Source: Zancudomyces culisetae HAW-14-8
Taxonomy: Eukaryota; Fungi; Kickxellomycota
Direction: 5' to 3'
NCBI GenBank assembly: GCA_052426225.1
Contig: JBNJNM010000008.1
Coordinates: 1,364,001 to 1,428,000 of the forward strand
DNA: 64,000 bases
Shown: positions 63,969 to 64,000 of the stretch, piece after piece
How the letters are laid out: each line of letters opens with the position of its first letter
How positions within the stretch are numbered: the stretch's first letter is position 1
Notes under the pieces: generated by a model
What the model saw: only the letters and a program-made list of their open reading frames with translations
What the model was told of the DNA's origin: nothing
Database searches by the model: none
Program-made: the position numbers and the translations under genes

Positions 63969-64000
63969 AGATCGTGTTTTGCTGCTATCTTTGGCTGGTT

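Noticed and set aside
1-64000. Selenoprotein or UGA read-through genes (selenocysteine use is reported in some early-diverging fungi)
   Set aside because: All reconstructed genes are explained by splicing without in-frame TGA, and none belongs to a known selenoprotein family. A SECIS search was not run.

Overview
Eukaryotic, AT-rich, gene-dense fungal DNA with spliceosomal introns. By inference from gene content and intron style it comes from an early-diverging fungus, most plausibly a Zoopagomycota/Harpellales insect-gut fungus; the taxon cannot be proven from this window. About 26 protein-coding genes can be reconstructed by hand. In order they are a secreted tyrosinase, mitochondrial uL14, cyclin C, a TLDc/Rtc5-like protein, Gemin2, Utp11, dynactin p25, CCDC124, an MscS-like channel, cyclophilin B, Pro2, an orphan ORF, a lipoate-protein ligase, BCKDH E1-beta, a TM-RING-H2 ligase, a 2OG-Fe(II) oxygenase, Ncs2, Coq7, Vac14, a GH15 glucoamylase, a stand-alone bacterial-type YccF, a CYLD-like USP, SF3B2, Pcf11, Mcm7 and a large MFS-like protein. 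No tRNA, intact rRNA, CRISPR array or mobile element is supported, and I cannot show a new multi-gene system. The strongest leads are: (i) an intronless bacterial-type yccF, a candidate horizontal transfer; (ii) a saw-tooth G/C strand skew that flips inside genes and appears to shape protein composition; (iii) a change near 38 kb from compact intron-rich genes to intron-poor, microsatellite-laden genes; (iv) a GC-AG intron in PCF11, plus A-rich and AAG splice acceptors; (v) convergent gene pairs whose stops are only 4 and 28 nt apart; (vi) a lipoate ligase next to BCKDH E1-beta. Exon boundaries were read by eye and need RNA-seq confirmation.
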